From assembly GCA_963727525.1 (NCBI GenBank), contig CAVSGO010000007.1, positions 128,001-192,000 of the forward strand: a stretch of 64,000 nucleotides of DNA, given 5' to 3'. The DNA comes from an uncultured bacterium. Its GTDB lineage: Bacteria; Krumholzibacteriota; Krumholzibacteriia; LZORAL124-64-63. The position numbers and the translations under genes were made by a program. The notes below the pieces were generated by a model. That model ran no database searches, was not told the DNA's origin, and was given only the letters and a program-made list of their open reading frames with translations. Of the stretch, positions 43,014-53,066 are shown one piece after another. The stretch's first letter is position 1. Each line of letters opens with the position of its first letter.

Positions 43014-43874
43014 TCAGTCGTCCGGGTGGCCGAAGACGAGGATGGCCGCCGCCACCTGCGTGGGCGATTCCAGCATGGCGTAGTGGCCCACGCCGGCCAG
43101 CCGCTTGAATTTCAGATCACGGACCTTGCCGAAGCCATACATCGTCAGGTAGCCGCGTTCATTGCCGGGTTCGGGCAGGTAGTTGTCGCTGCCCAGCAGC
43201 AGCATCGGGACCGAGAGCGTCGCCAGGCGGTCGCTGACATCCCAGTCGAAACTCGACAGCATGAGCGACGCCATCGTGGTGCTATCGGTACGCAGTGCCA
43301 GATCGACGACCTTGTCGACGATGTCCTGCCGGGTGCTGCCCATTGCGAACCGCGTGGCGACGAACCGGTCGTAGTCCTTGATCAGGGCCTGGCCGACGGC
43401 GGCTTTCTCCTCGTCGCTGGCAATCTGCTTGGGTCCGGCGTCGATCAGGATGAGGCGGCGCACGTCGGCGGGATGGTCGAGCGTGTACTGCAACGCGATC
43501 ATGCCCCCCATCGCGTGGCCGACGATGACGGGGTAGACGATGTCGTTCGCGTCGAGCCAGGCGTCCAGGGCCTCGGCCTCGGCGGCGATGCTCGGATCCC
43601 GCAACGGCGGCGTACTCCCGTGGCCGTGCAATTCGTATGTCCAGACCTGGAACATCCCCTTGACGTAGGGCAGCATATCGTCCCACACCGACGTATCGGT
43701 ACCCAGGCCATGGATGAGGACGAGCTCGTCCTCGCCCCGCCCTTCGCGAGGCGGGCGCCTGGTGGGGGTGTCGTCGGACTGGGCCATGACCGACGCGGCT
43801 AGCAGCGACGCCACGGCCAGGACCGCACCCACGCGGGCGAGAGATCGTGCAGCGAACACGCAGGTTCCTTTCAC
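43014..43874 (-). CDS. Secreted alpha/beta hydrolase-fold protein
   Basis: LIHGLG, GHG, GHAMGG (Ala in the nucleophile Ser position), GHY. Confidence 0.8.
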   Translation of the reverse strand: MKGTCVFAARSLARVGAVLAVASLLAASVMAQSDDTPTRRPPREGRGEDELVLIHGLGTDTSVWDDMLPYVKGMFQVWTYELHGHGSTPPLRDPSIAAEAEALDAWLDANDIVYPVIVGHAMGGMIALQYTLDHPADVRRLILIDAGPKQIASDEEKAAVGQALIKDYDRFVATRFAMGSTRQDIVDKVVDLALRTDSTTMASLMLSSFDWDVSDRLATLSVPMLLLGSDNYLPEPGNERGYLTMYGFGKVRDLKFKRLAGVGHYAMLESPTQVAAAILVFGHPDD

Positions 43875-43887
43875 CGGAGGATACGCC

Positions 43888-44688
43888 TCAGGGAATCCGC
43901 ACCACCAGGCCGTCCCGCGCTTCCTCGCACGGGATGCCGGTGGCGAGGCTCACGGCTTTGGCGGCTCCTCGGCCGGCCACGGTGGGGTAGAGGTGGGTCA
44001 GGACGATCCGTTCCGGCCGGGCTTCCCGTCCCAGTTCGGCAATCTTTCCAGGACTCATGTGGCCGTCCACCGCCAGGTCGTCGGGCGTGGAACATTCCAC
44101 GACCAGCGTTGACGAACCCCGTGTCGCCGCCACGAGTTCCGGGCACGGACCGGTGTCGCCCGAATAGGTGAGCCCGTGCCCGTCACGGTCGCGGAACCGG
44201 TAGCCGAGGCACAGGTTCGCGAATCGATCCTCGCGGTGAGCGGCGCGGAACGCCACGGCCTCGCCGTCGCCCAGGGGCACACGGTCGCCCGGCGAAAGCT
44301 CGCGCACGGTCACCTCGCGACCGCGAGGATCGAGCCAGCTCCCGTATACCTCGCGCAGACGCGCGAGGTAGGCGCCCAGGCCCACCGGGCCGGCCAGTGC
44401 GAGAGGGCGATTGTTGCGGGCCAGTACGGAATGGGCCGCGAAGAGGAGAGGTGCGATATCGGCCGTATGATCGAGATGCAAGTGGGACACCAGTACGGTG
44501 TCCACGGCATCCACGCGATCAGGCGCACCGGGCTGCCGCACGAGGCGCACGAGGGCCCCGGGCCCGGGATCGAGCAGCGCGCCGCGGCCGTCCACGTCCA
44601 GCCAGTATGCCGCGGGGCCGTGGGTCGGGGTGGGAGTGGCGCCGCCGGCGCCCAGAATGTGCAATGTTATCATACCTTTAAACAACAC
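43888..44688 (-). CDS. MBL-fold metallo-hydrolase (RNase Z/BN-like)
   Basis: LGAGG, LLDPG, SHLHLDH, YSGDT, GHM, LTHLY. Confidence 0.85.
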   Translation of the reverse strand: MLFKGMITLHILGAGGATPTPTHGPAAYWLDVDGRGALLDPGPGALVRLVRQPGAPDRVDAVDTVLVSHLHLDHTADIAPLLFAAHSVLARNNRPLALAGPVGLGAYLARLREVYGSWLDPRGREVTVRELSPGDRVPLGDGEAVAFRAAHREDRFANLCLGYRFRDRDGHGLTYSGDTGPCPELVAATRGSSTLVVECSTPDDLAVDGHMSPGKIAELGREARPERIVLTHLYPTVAGRGAAKAVSLATGIPCEEARDGLVVRIP

Positions 44689-44823
44689 CTCGGGTCGGGA
44701 ACGTCAAGCGCGAGTCTGGGTTCAAGACCGCCTGTCCTGGACAGGTGGGCCGGCCGCCCCTAGGTTGACGGCCCGGACGGATTCACCGGCACGTCGCTGG
44801 TCCCTGGTTCCGCGAGCGAGGAG

Positions 44824-46551
44824 ATGCCCATTGTGAGAATCGCGACGCCCCCCCTGGCGGTCCTGATCCTGGTCCTGGCCGGGATCATCGCAGCGCCGCT
44901 GGACGCCGCGTCGCTCCAGGCGCGCGATCAGCGCGTCCCCGAGGCCACGGTCGATAACGGGTTGGTCGGCGAGAAGACGATCGACGAGAAGATTGCCGAA
45001 CTGAACGCCAAGATCCTCGCCAAGCCCGGCAACGGCGACAACTACAACGATCTCGGCGTGCTCTATACCCAGCAGGAGAACTGGCCCCTCGCGCGGGACG
45101 CATTCATCCGCGCCGTCCAGGCCAAGTCCTACGATCCCGACTTCCATCGCAATCTCGGCCTCGTCTTCGCGCACCTCGAGGACTACGACCTCGCCGCCAG
45201 CGAACTGGGCGAGTACGTCAAGCTCGGCCAGGCCGGCGGTCACGACGGCTGGCGCCTGCAGGGACGGGCGTACGAGGCTGCAGGCGACACGACCAGGGCG
45301 CATGCCGTCTACAAGGCGGGACTCGACGCACTCGGCATGCAGCCGATCCCGGAAGTCATGCGCCTCGTGGTCTCCGAGGCGCGGCTCGACCAGGCGTCGG
45401 GCGACCAGGGCGCCATGCGCACGCTCCTGGAGTCCTACCAGCCGACGGCGCGGCAGCTCCGCGATCAGGCCGCCGAGTCGGGTGACGAGAACGCCGACGG
45501 TGTGAGCGAGGCCAAGGCCATCGAAGCGAGCCTCGTCTCGCTCTATGTCGAGAACGGGAAGGTCCTGGAGCAGTCGAACATGGCGGCGGATGCGGCGGAA
45601 CTCTACGAGAAGGTCTACGCCCTCGCGCCGGATCGCGACGATCTGCTGCCGCGCATCGTCGACGCCTACCTCGCGGCGGGCGAGACGCTGAAGGCCAAGG
45701 TCACCGCGCGGCTCGCGCGCCAGGACCATCCTGAAGCGGCGGGAAGCTGGATCGCCAGCGGCAAGATCGACGAGCGGGAGTCCGATCTCGCCGCGGCCAT
45801 CACCGACTACGAGAAAGCCTACGACCTCGCCCCCGACACGCCGGGGCTGGCGACGGTCATCGGCAACCTCTACATGAAGACGGGCCAGGCGGCCGAGGGG
45901 CGCAAGTACCTCGCACGGCTCGTGGACGATCCGGATACCCCGCCGGAGGTGGTGTACAACTACGCCGTCAGTCTCATCCAGGAGAAGAAGTACCGGGCGG
46001 CCTTACCGCCGCTGCGTCGAGTGGTGAAGGAACGGCCGGACTTTGCGGGCGGCTGGTCGGCGCTGGCCCAGACCCTGCGCGCCATCGACCAGTACGGCGA
46101 TGCCGTCGAACCTTACAAGCGCGCCCTCGCGCTCGAGCCCGACGCGAAGCTGGCCTACAACCTCGGATACTGCGCCATGAAGGCGGGTCGCATCGACGAT
46201 GCCCTCGCTGCCTACCAACAGGCCATCACCCTGAATCCGGGTTCCACCGAGGCTCGGTACAACTATGGCCTGGTGTTGATGAAGGCCGAGCGCTACGAGG
46301 ACGCGCTCGCGGCGTTCGAGGGTGCGTTGCAGCGCGAGCCCGACAGCTACCGTGTCCTCCTGAGCGAGGGGATCTGTCTCTTCAGACTGAAACGGAACCA
46401 GGAAGCCGTCGACAAGTACAATGAGGCTCTGGAGCAGAAGGAGACCGCCGAGGCCTACGACAACCTGGGGCTCGCGTTCCAGGCACTCGGCGACAAGACC
46501 CACGCGCAGACGTGTTTCAAGGAAGCCAAGAAGTTGCGAGGAAAATCGTGA
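44824..46551 (+). CDS. Secreted TPR-repeat protein
   Basis: Signal peptide and many TPR units (YNDLG, YNLG, YNYG). Confidence 0.85.
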   Translation: MPIVRIATPPLAVLILVLAGIIAAPLDAASLQARDQRVPEATVDNGLVGEKTIDEKIAELNAKILAKPGNGDNYNDLGVLYTQQENWPLARDAFIRAVQAKSYDPDFHRNLGLVFAHLEDYDLAASELGEYVKLGQAGGHDGWRLQGRAYEAAGDTTRAHAVYKAGLDALGMQPIPEVMRLVVSEARLDQASGDQGAMRTLLESYQPTARQLRDQAAESGDENADGVSEAKAIEASLVSLYVENGKVLEQSNMAADAAELYEKVYALAPDRDDLLPRIVDAYLAAGETLKAKVTARLARQDHPEAAGSWIASGKIDERESDLAAAITDYEKAYDLAPDTPGLATVIGNLYMKTGQAAEGRKYLARLVDDPDTPPEVVYNYAVSLIQEKKYRAALPPLRRVVKERPDFAGGWSALAQTLRAIDQYGDAVEPYKRALALEPDAKLAYNLGYCAMKAGRIDDALAAYQQAITLNPGSTEARYNYGLVLMKAERYEDALAAFEGALQREPDSYRVLLSEGICLFRLKRNQEAVDKYNEALEQKETAEAYDNLGLAFQALGDKTHAQTCFKEAKKLRGKS

Positions 46552-47597
46552 TCCGCGGCACCACCGTCGTCGTCGCGGTCGTCTTGGCGGCCGCGGCGAC
46601 GGCCTCCGATCTGCCGACCCATCCCAGCCAGCTCCCGGAACTCACGCCGACGACGACGTTCCCGCGGGCGACGCCCGATGAACTCGCCTCGGCGGGTTAT
46701 CCGGATCACATGCATGCCATCCATTGGCCCGGCTGGGTTCCTCCCGTCGATCCCGCCGGCGAGACCTACGGGCCCCACAGCCTGGCCCGTGGGACCAGCA
46801 TCTTGCCGCGCGACGGTCTCGTGATCAGTGACGGCGCAATCCGTTACCGGGGCCTCGTGGTCACTTTCGATCCCGGCTACAAGGCGACCGCGATCCTGCC
46901 GTTCATCGAGGTGCTCGACCTGGCTCGCCATGCCGTGTGCCCGCTACTGGGCCAGACACGTGACGATTCGCTTGTCGTCTCCGATCCGGACAACCTCGAC
47001 CAGTACCGCGATCGTACTGGGCAGGAGTTCTGGCGCCTGTACGCCTGGCAACCCGACGGTTCGATCGTCGTGGAACCCATTCCCATCCTCATCGCCCGCA
47101 CCCTCGACAGCCATGCTGCGCACGAGATCATGACGCAGTGGTTGCTCGCCGGTCTGGCGCCGCTCACCGACTGGCCGGCCTGGTTCCGCGAAGGCCTCGC
47201 GACCTATGTCGGTGAGACCGGGGTCCATCTCTGCAACTACATGGCCCAGTTCCGTGCGGCCGGCTCCCCGGTCCTGCTGCCGCCGGAAAAGATCGAGGCC
47301 ATCCTTGCCGGCCCTCCTGATCCGGACAGGGATCTCGACCGCGAACACTACCGCGAGGCGCGTTACGGCGCGTTCCTGATGGTGTGGGAACTGGTCGAGC
47401 ATCGCGGTGGCCTCGAACCGGTCCGGCGGGTGCTCCAGGGCGTCGCCGGTGGCCGGACGCCGGACGCGGCCTGTCAGGCCGTATATGGCAAGAACTTCGC
47501 GGCACTTGCGACGGACCTCGACTGCACGCAGCGTCCCGAACCCGTGGGCGAGGCGGTGCAGGCGCGGGCGCCGCACCTGCAGCCAGCCCAGCCGTGA
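46548..47597 (+). CDS. Secreted peptidase MA-like protein with degenerate zinc motif
   Basis: AAHEIMTQW...PAWFREGLATY; GTGA overlap with the TPR gene. Confidence 0.6.
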   Translation: MIRGTTVVVAVVLAAAATASDLPTHPSQLPELTPTTTFPRATPDELASAGYPDHMHAIHWPGWVPPVDPAGETYGPHSLARGTSILPRDGLVISDGAIRYRGLVVTFDPGYKATAILPFIEVLDLARHAVCPLLGQTRDDSLVVSDPDNLDQYRDRTGQEFWRLYAWQPDGSIVVEPIPILIARTLDSHAAHEIMTQWLLAGLAPLTDWPAWFREGLATYVGETGVHLCNYMAQFRAAGSPVLLPPEKIEAILAGPPDPDRDLDREHYREARYGAFLMVWELVEHRGGLEPVRRVLQGVAGGRTPDAACQAVYGKNFAALATDLDCTQRPEPVGEAVQARAPHLQPAQP

Positions 47598-47598
47598 C

Positions 47599-47627
47599 TT
47601 GCCGCCCCCTGGCGCGTGTACTATAAC
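47599..47627 (+). promoter_or_regulatory. Sigma70-type promoter for gltX
   Basis: TTGCCG-17nt-TATAAC. Confidence 0.5.
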
Positions 47628-47680
47628 CAGATACGATCATGTCACCGGGGCCCCGCTACCTGCGAGAGGTTCATGCATCC

Positions 47681-49177
47681 ATGTCCAGCCCGTCGTCGAT
47701 CCGTGTCCGATTCGCGCCCAGTCCCACCGGCCATCTGCACGTGGGCGGCGCGCGCACCGCGCTCTTCAACTGGCTCTATGCCCGGAACCAGGGGGGGGCC
47801 TTCGTGCTGCGCATCGAGGACACGGATCAGGAGCGCAGCACCGAGGCGAGCTACGCGGCCATCCTGCGCGGCATGGAATGGCTCGGACTCGACTGGGACG
47901 AGGGGCCGGGCAAGGGCGGCGCGCACGGTCCCTACCTGCAGAGCGAACGGCTGCCGATCTATCGCGACGCCCTGGCGCAACTGCGCGACGCCGGCGCGGT
48001 GTACCGCTGCTTCTGCACGGCTGACGAGCTGGAGAAGCGCGCCGAGGCGGTGAAGGCGGCCGGCGGTGTCTGGGACGGGTACGACGGCCATTGCCGCGCA
48101 CTTTCGGAGGCCGAGTCGCTAGCCCGCGCGGACGCAGGCGAGCCATGCGGCTGGCGCCTGCGCACGCCTGCGGACGGCACGGTGGTGTGGGACGACATCG
48201 TCGTCGGTCGGCGCGAGTTCCAGTGCGCCGTGCTCTCCGACCGTGTCGTGGCCAAGGCCGACGGGTTTCCCACCTACAACTTCGCCGTCGTCGTCGACGA
48301 CCACACGATGGCGATGTCCCACGTGCTGCGCGGCGACGACCACGTGAGCAACACGCCCTTTCAGCTCCTCATCTATCGCGCCCTCGGCTGGAAGCCGCCC
48401 CGCTTCGGGCATCTGCCGATGATCCTCGGGTCCGATCGCAAGCGGCTCAGCAAGCGCCATGGCGCCACCAGCGTGGAGGAATTCCAGAAGCTGGGCATCC
48501 TTCCCGATGCCATGGTCAACCAACTCGCCCTGCTGGGTTGGTCCATCGGCGCCAGCGGTGACGAGGTGCTCACGCGGGATGCCCTCATCAAGAAGTTCTC
48601 GCTCAAGAAGGTGAACAGTAGTCCCGCCTCGTTCGACTACGAGAAGCTCGAATATCTCAATGCGCAGCATCTGCGGCGCCTCGACGATCGGGCCAAGGTG
48701 GCGCTCACGCTCCCCATCGTGCGCGAACACGGCTGGCAGTACGATCCCGCCTGGCACGTGTGCGGCGTGGCTGACTCCGATGCGTACGTGGCGCGCGTTG
48801 TGACGCTCCTCGGCAGCCGGTTCGCCTCGCTCGTCACCCTGGCGGAGCAGGTCGCGTTCCTGTACTGCGAGGATTTTCCAGTGGACACCGGAGCCTGGCA
48901 GCAGCAGCTCGGCAGCGTGGAAGCGCGCGCCCGCGTGGGCGCGCTGGCCGAGGCCCTCGCGTCACGTGCGGGATCGGACGCGCCGGTGGAGGCCGCGGTC
49001 TGCGAGGAGATCGTGCGGGACGTGGCCGCCGCGCTGGCGATCAAGGCGGGCGAACTGATCCACCCGGCCCGCGTGGCCATCACCGGTCAGGAACGCAGCG
49101 CGGGCATGTTCGAGGTCATGGAGACGCTGGGGGCGCCGCGCGTGATCGCGCGGTTGCGACGGGCCGCGGCCGGGTGA
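47681..49177 (+). CDS. gltX: Glutamate--tRNA ligase
   Basis: RFAPSPTGHLHVGG, RIEDTD, RGDDH, RLSKR; C-terminal anticodon-binding domain present. Confidence 0.95.
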   Translation: MSSPSSIRVRFAPSPTGHLHVGGARTALFNWLYARNQGGAFVLRIEDTDQERSTEASYAAILRGMEWLGLDWDEGPGKGGAHGPYLQSERLPIYRDALAQLRDAGAVYRCFCTADELEKRAEAVKAAGGVWDGYDGHCRALSEAESLARADAGEPCGWRLRTPADGTVVWDDIVVGRREFQCAVLSDRVVAKADGFPTYNFAVVVDDHTMAMSHVLRGDDHVSNTPFQLLIYRALGWKPPRFGHLPMILGSDRKRLSKRHGATSVEEFQKLGILPDAMVNQLALLGWSIGASGDEVLTRDALIKKFSLKKVNSSPASFDYEKLEYLNAQHLRRLDDRAKVALTLPIVREHGWQYDPAWHVCGVADSDAYVARVVTLLGSRFASLVTLAEQVAFLYCEDFPVDTGAWQQQLGSVEARARVGALAEALASRAGSDAPVEAAVCEEIVRDVAAALAIKAGELIHPARVAITGQERSAGMFEVMETLGAPRVIARLRRAAAG

Positions 49178-49226
49178 CGGTTTCCGCGCCGGCCCGCACC
49201 ATGAAAACCCGTACCTGGGGGACGCC

Positions 49227-51344
49227 GTGATCCGGATCGGGGGCATACTCGGCCGCTACGTCCTGGTGTGGATCGTCACCATCCTCGCTTTGCTGCTCGC
49301 CACCGCGATCCTGCCAGGCGTACGCATCGACACCGATGTGGCGACCTGGTGGATCACGATCGTGTTGGTGCCAGTCGAGTTCGCGTTTCTCATCATCCTG
49401 CTGCGGCCGCTGTTGCTCTTTCTCACCCTGCCTCTCAACGGCGTGACCCTGGGCTTGCCCAGCGTGCTCTTCAACGGTCTCATCCTGTACCTCGCCGCGC
49501 AGGGACAGGAAGCGTTCACGATCGCGAACCTGCAGGAGGCGCTGCTGGCGGCGCTGATCATGACCGCGGTGTCGGCGCCCATCGTCTCTCTCCTCGATCT
49601 CGACGAGGCCTACCCGCTGTACCAGACGCTGCTGTTCCGTTTCGGACGTCGTTGGGGACCACAGTCGGCGCCGGACCTGCGCCGGGGGCTGCTGATCTTG
49701 CAGATCGACGGCCTGTCGTTCCGCGCGCTCGTGCACGTGTTGCGCAGTGGCCGCATGCCCACGCTCTCGGGACTGCTTGCGCGCCACACCCACTTGCTGC
49801 ACCGCTGGTTCTGTGGATTGCCCTCGAACACGCCTGCCGTGCAGGCCGGGTTGTTCTACGGCAATCGCTTCGACGTGCCCGGCTATCGCTGGTTCGACCG
49901 CGAGAGTCAGACGATCCGCGTCGTCAGCCATCCCGCCGACGCGCGGGCTCTCGAGGAGCGCGCCGAAGCCGGCGGCGGCGAGCCCCTGCTGCGTGGCGGT
50001 TCGGCGGTGAATACGTTGCTGTCGGGCGGCGCCGACAAGCGCTTGCTCACAGTGAGCGCCCTGGGCGAGGCGGCCGCCGCCGCGCGGCCGGGCGAGCGAG
50101 CCGACCTCAACCTCTTCTATCTCAGTCCCAACGCCTACACCAAGGCCCTGCTCACGGCCACGTGGGAGTATCTCTCGGGATTCACGCGCGGGCTGCTGAG
50201 CCTGCTGCGGCGCGATCGCCCGCACCTGCGCAACCATCCGGTGAAGCTGGCGCAGGGAGCCGTCTTCAACGGTTTCCTGCGGTCGGTGAGCTTCTTCTGG
50301 CTGAAGCAGGACGTGGTGCGCAATGTACCGGTGATCTACACCAATTTCGTGGGCTACGACGACGTCGCCCATGTCACGTCGCCCACGTCGTACGAGGCGC
50401 AGGTGGCGCTCGCGGCGTTCGATCGCAGCCTGCGTCAGCTGCGCCGATTCGCGCGGCGCAATTGCAAGCTCGATTACGAACTGCTGGTGTTCTCCGATCA
50501 CGGTCACACATCGAGCATGCCGTTCCGATTGCTTTACGGCCAGACGTTCGGAGAATGGCTCGCGGAGATCGCCGGGAGTGCCGTCACCGAGGATGCGGCG
50601 GCCAGTCCGGAGGTTTTCTACCTCTCCGTACTCCTGGCCCAGCTCGAGGCCGAACGGCCGCGCGCCACGCTCACGGCGCGCGGGGGCAAGCGTGCGCTCG
50701 CCGGGTTGAGTCAGCGACGATTGCAGGATGCCGACCGCCAGTACCGCCGGTTCCCGACCGCGGCGTCGCCCGCGTCGGAGGACGCTTATGCGCCCGAGGC
50801 CCCAGAGCTGGTCGTATGCGTATCCGGTTGTCTCGCCCATATTTACGTAAAAGGACACGAGGAACCCCTGCATCTCGAAGAGGTCATGGACCGCTATCCC
50901 GGCCTGGTTCCCAGCCTGGTGGCGCACCCGGGGATCGGGTTCGTCGCCGCGAGTCGCGCGTTCGGCGATGCGGTGGCCATCGGCCACGATGGGGTGCGCA
51001 ATCTCATCACCGGCCAGTTGGCCGGGCTGCAGGATCCTTTGGCCCCGTTCGGAGATCCCCGGCAACTCGCACCGGAACTGGCTCAGCTCCTGTCCTATCC
51101 GTCGGCCGGCGACCTCGTGGTGAATGGGGCGTGGCTCGACGACACGCACCAGGTGGTGGTGCTGGAGGAGCAGTTGAGCAGCCACGGCGGGGTCGGTGGT
51201 CCCCAGATGGAGCCGTTCGTCATCGTGCCGGAGGGATGGCGGACGCGTCCCGAGGACCTGCGCAGTCCCGAAGCCCTGCACCGGCACATCTCGGTGAATC
51301 TGCGCAGGATGCAGGCCCAGGACGGGGTAAAAAAGACCCCGTAG
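49227..51344 (+). CDS. Phage-holin-like (4TM, YvlD-like) domain fused to an alkaline-phosphatase/phosphodiesterase domain
   Basis: N-terminal RPLLLFLTLPLNGVTLGL; LQIDGL, SNTPAVQ, GYDDVAH, SDHG, SHGG. Confidence 0.8.
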   Translation: MIRIGGILGRYVLVWIVTILALLLATAILPGVRIDTDVATWWITIVLVPVEFAFLIILLRPLLLFLTLPLNGVTLGLPSVLFNGLILYLAAQGQEAFTIANLQEALLAALIMTAVSAPIVSLLDLDEAYPLYQTLLFRFGRRWGPQSAPDLRRGLLILQIDGLSFRALVHVLRSGRMPTLSGLLARHTHLLHRWFCGLPSNTPAVQAGLFYGNRFDVPGYRWFDRESQTIRVVSHPADARALEERAEAGGGEPLLRGGSAVNTLLSGGADKRLLTVSALGEAAAAARPGERADLNLFYLSPNAYTKALLTATWEYLSGFTRGLLSLLRRDRPHLRNHPVKLAQGAVFNGFLRSVSFFWLKQDVVRNVPVIYTNFVGYDDVAHVTSPTSYEAQVALAAFDRSLRQLRRFARRNCKLDYELLVFSDHGHTSSMPFRLLYGQTFGEWLAEIAGSAVTEDAAASPEVFYLSVLLAQLEAERPRATLTARGGKRALAGLSQRRLQDADRQYRRFPTAASPASEDAYAPEAPELVVCVSGCLAHIYVKGHEEPLHLEEVMDRYPGLVPSLVAHPGIGFVAASRAFGDAVAIGHDGVRNLITGQLAGLQDPLAPFGDPRQLAPELAQLLSYPSAGDLVVNGAWLDDTHQVVVLEEQLSSHGGVGGPQMEPFVIVPEGWRTRPEDLRSPEALHRHISVNLRRMQAQDGVKKTP

Positions 51345-51348
51345 ATCC

Positions 51349-51377
51349 TTGCAAGCCGTTTCAGGACCATATATATT
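51349..51377 (+). promoter_or_regulatory. Sigma70-type promoter for the tRNA pair
   Basis: TTGCAA-17nt-TATATT, 14 nt before tRNA-Gln. Confidence 0.6.
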
Positions 51378-51390
51378 GCGTCACCTCGAC

Positions 51391-51464
51391 TGCCCGGTCG
51401 TTCAATGGTAGGACAGCTGACTCTGGATCAGTTAATGGGGGTTCGAATCCTCCCCGGGCAACCA
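51391..51464 (+). tRNA. tRNA-Gln(CTG)
   Basis: TGCCCGG/CCGGGCA acceptor stem, GCTGA-CTCTGGA-TCAGT, TTCGAAT, CCA. Confidence 0.95.
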
Positions 51465-51508
51465 CGGAAGGCCCAGCGGCGCTGGTCGCTGTTGTTCGCG
51501 CATAGGGA

Positions 51509-51584
51509 GGCCCCTTCGTCTAGCGGTCTAGGACGCCGCCCTCTCACGGCGGTAACACGGGTTCGAGTCCCGTAGGGGCTACCA
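51509..51584 (+). tRNA. tRNA-Glu(CTC)
   Basis: GGCCCCT/AGGGGCT acceptor stem, CCGCC-CTCTCAC-GGCGG, TTCGAGT, CCA. Confidence 0.95.
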
Positions 51585-51588
51585 TTCT

Positions 51589-51618
51589 CGAGGCTCCCTC
51601 GTACCGGGGGAGCCTCGG
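51589..51618 (+). terminator. Hairpin after the tRNA pair
   Basis: CGAGGCTCCC...GGGAGCCTCG inverted repeat. Confidence 0.55.
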
Positions 51619-51659
51619 TCATTCCGGGTCCGGGGGATCTGGGGCGGGAATCGGGACCG

Positions 51660-52565
51660 ATGGATCAGCCGCGCCGCCTCGTGCTGCTCTTCGTCGACGG
51701 CCTGGGCTGGGGCCCCGTCGCGGCAGCCGCCAATCCCACCCAGACCTACGGCGGAGATCGCCTGCGACTGCCGGATCCGCCGGCCGATGGCCGGCCGCTC
51801 CCGCGACCCGACGGCGGCTGGGCGCGGCCCATCGATGCCTGCCTGGGTATGCCCGGACTGCCCCAGAGCGCCACGGGGCAGACGACCCTGCTGACGGGCG
51901 TCAATGCCGCCGCGAGCCTCGGGCATCACAAGGAGGGGTTTCCCGGCCCTCACCTGCGCGGTATCCTGCTCGAACATTCCATCATGAAACGACTCGTGGA
52001 ACGAGGTCGGCGTCCCGTGTTTTTCAACACGTTCCGTTCGCCGTTCTTCTCCTGGCCGCGTGAACGGCAGCTTCGCATGTCCGCCACCACGGTGGCGACC
52101 CTCGCTGCCGACCTGCCGTTCTTCGACGTCCCTGACATCGCGGCCGGCCTCTCGATCTACCAGGAGTTCACCAACGCCGAGCTGCGCGCGTTGGGATATG
52201 ACGCGCCGTTGCTGACGCCGGAGGAAGCCGGCGCGATCCTCGCCTCCCAGGTGCCGCACTACGATTTCCTGCTGTACGAGTACTTCCAGACCGACAAGGC
52301 GGGCCATGCCACGGAGCGGGCCCGGGCAGAGCGTGAGCTGAGGCGGCTCGATGCCTTCATCGGGGCCGTGCTGGCCGGGATCGCCGATGACGCGCTCGTC
52401 CTGCTCTGTTCGGACCATGGGAACATCGAGGATCTCGCTGTACGCACACATACGTGCCATCCGGTACCGTTGCTGGCCTGGGGACCGGGAGCGCACGCAT
52501 TCGTGGACGACGTCACATCTCTCGTGGATGTGGTCCCGGCCATCATGGCGCGGTTCGGCGGGTAG
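51660..52565 (+). CDS. Alkaline-phosphatase-superfamily metalloenzyme (phosphopentomutase/iPGM-like)
   Basis: FVDGLG, PQSATGQ, TDKAGH, SDHGNIED, HTCHPVP. Confidence 0.8.
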   Translation: MDQPRRLVLLFVDGLGWGPVAAAANPTQTYGGDRLRLPDPPADGRPLPRPDGGWARPIDACLGMPGLPQSATGQTTLLTGVNAAASLGHHKEGFPGPHLRGILLEHSIMKRLVERGRRPVFFNTFRSPFFSWPRERQLRMSATTVATLAADLPFFDVPDIAAGLSIYQEFTNAELRALGYDAPLLTPEEAGAILASQVPHYDFLLYEYFQTDKAGHATERARAERELRRLDAFIGAVLAGIADDALVLLCSDHGNIEDLAVRTHTCHPVPLLAWGPGAHAFVDDVTSLVDVVPAIMARFGG

Positions 52566-53066
52566 ACGCACCGAACGCGGATCGCGCCGGCGCCCGGCAA
52601 CGTCTTTACTCGAGCGATCGCATCTCCAGCGTCCTGTCGATGACCCTGGTCGGAGCTGTGGGCACGAACGCGACGCAGTCGATGCAGCCAGGTCTGCGAA
52701 GTCTCCCTGACCCGCGCACGACGATGCCCGCGCCGGATCCCGCGTGGTTGCCGGCGCAGGGCGCCCTCGAGAAGTCGCGAGTCGTCATGCCCAGCCGGTG
52801 CCGTCGTGTTCGTGGGCCCGCTGACCGATCTGGGGGGTGAGGGCACGGGATCTGCAACGCCGGCGGCGCCTGCGTCGGTTCGCAGCATGTGATCTTTGTT
52901 GTCTAGAAGAAAAATATCTTACCGCCGGCTGTAAGTTGTTGGTCTCACGGTCAAAAAATATGGAAACACCGAAGAAATTTGAGATCGAAACCGTCGTTGC
53001 GGGACATCACCTGCTCCGGGCATCCGGTTCCCCCACGGGGAACCTGTCGATGTGCGGCGACGTACG

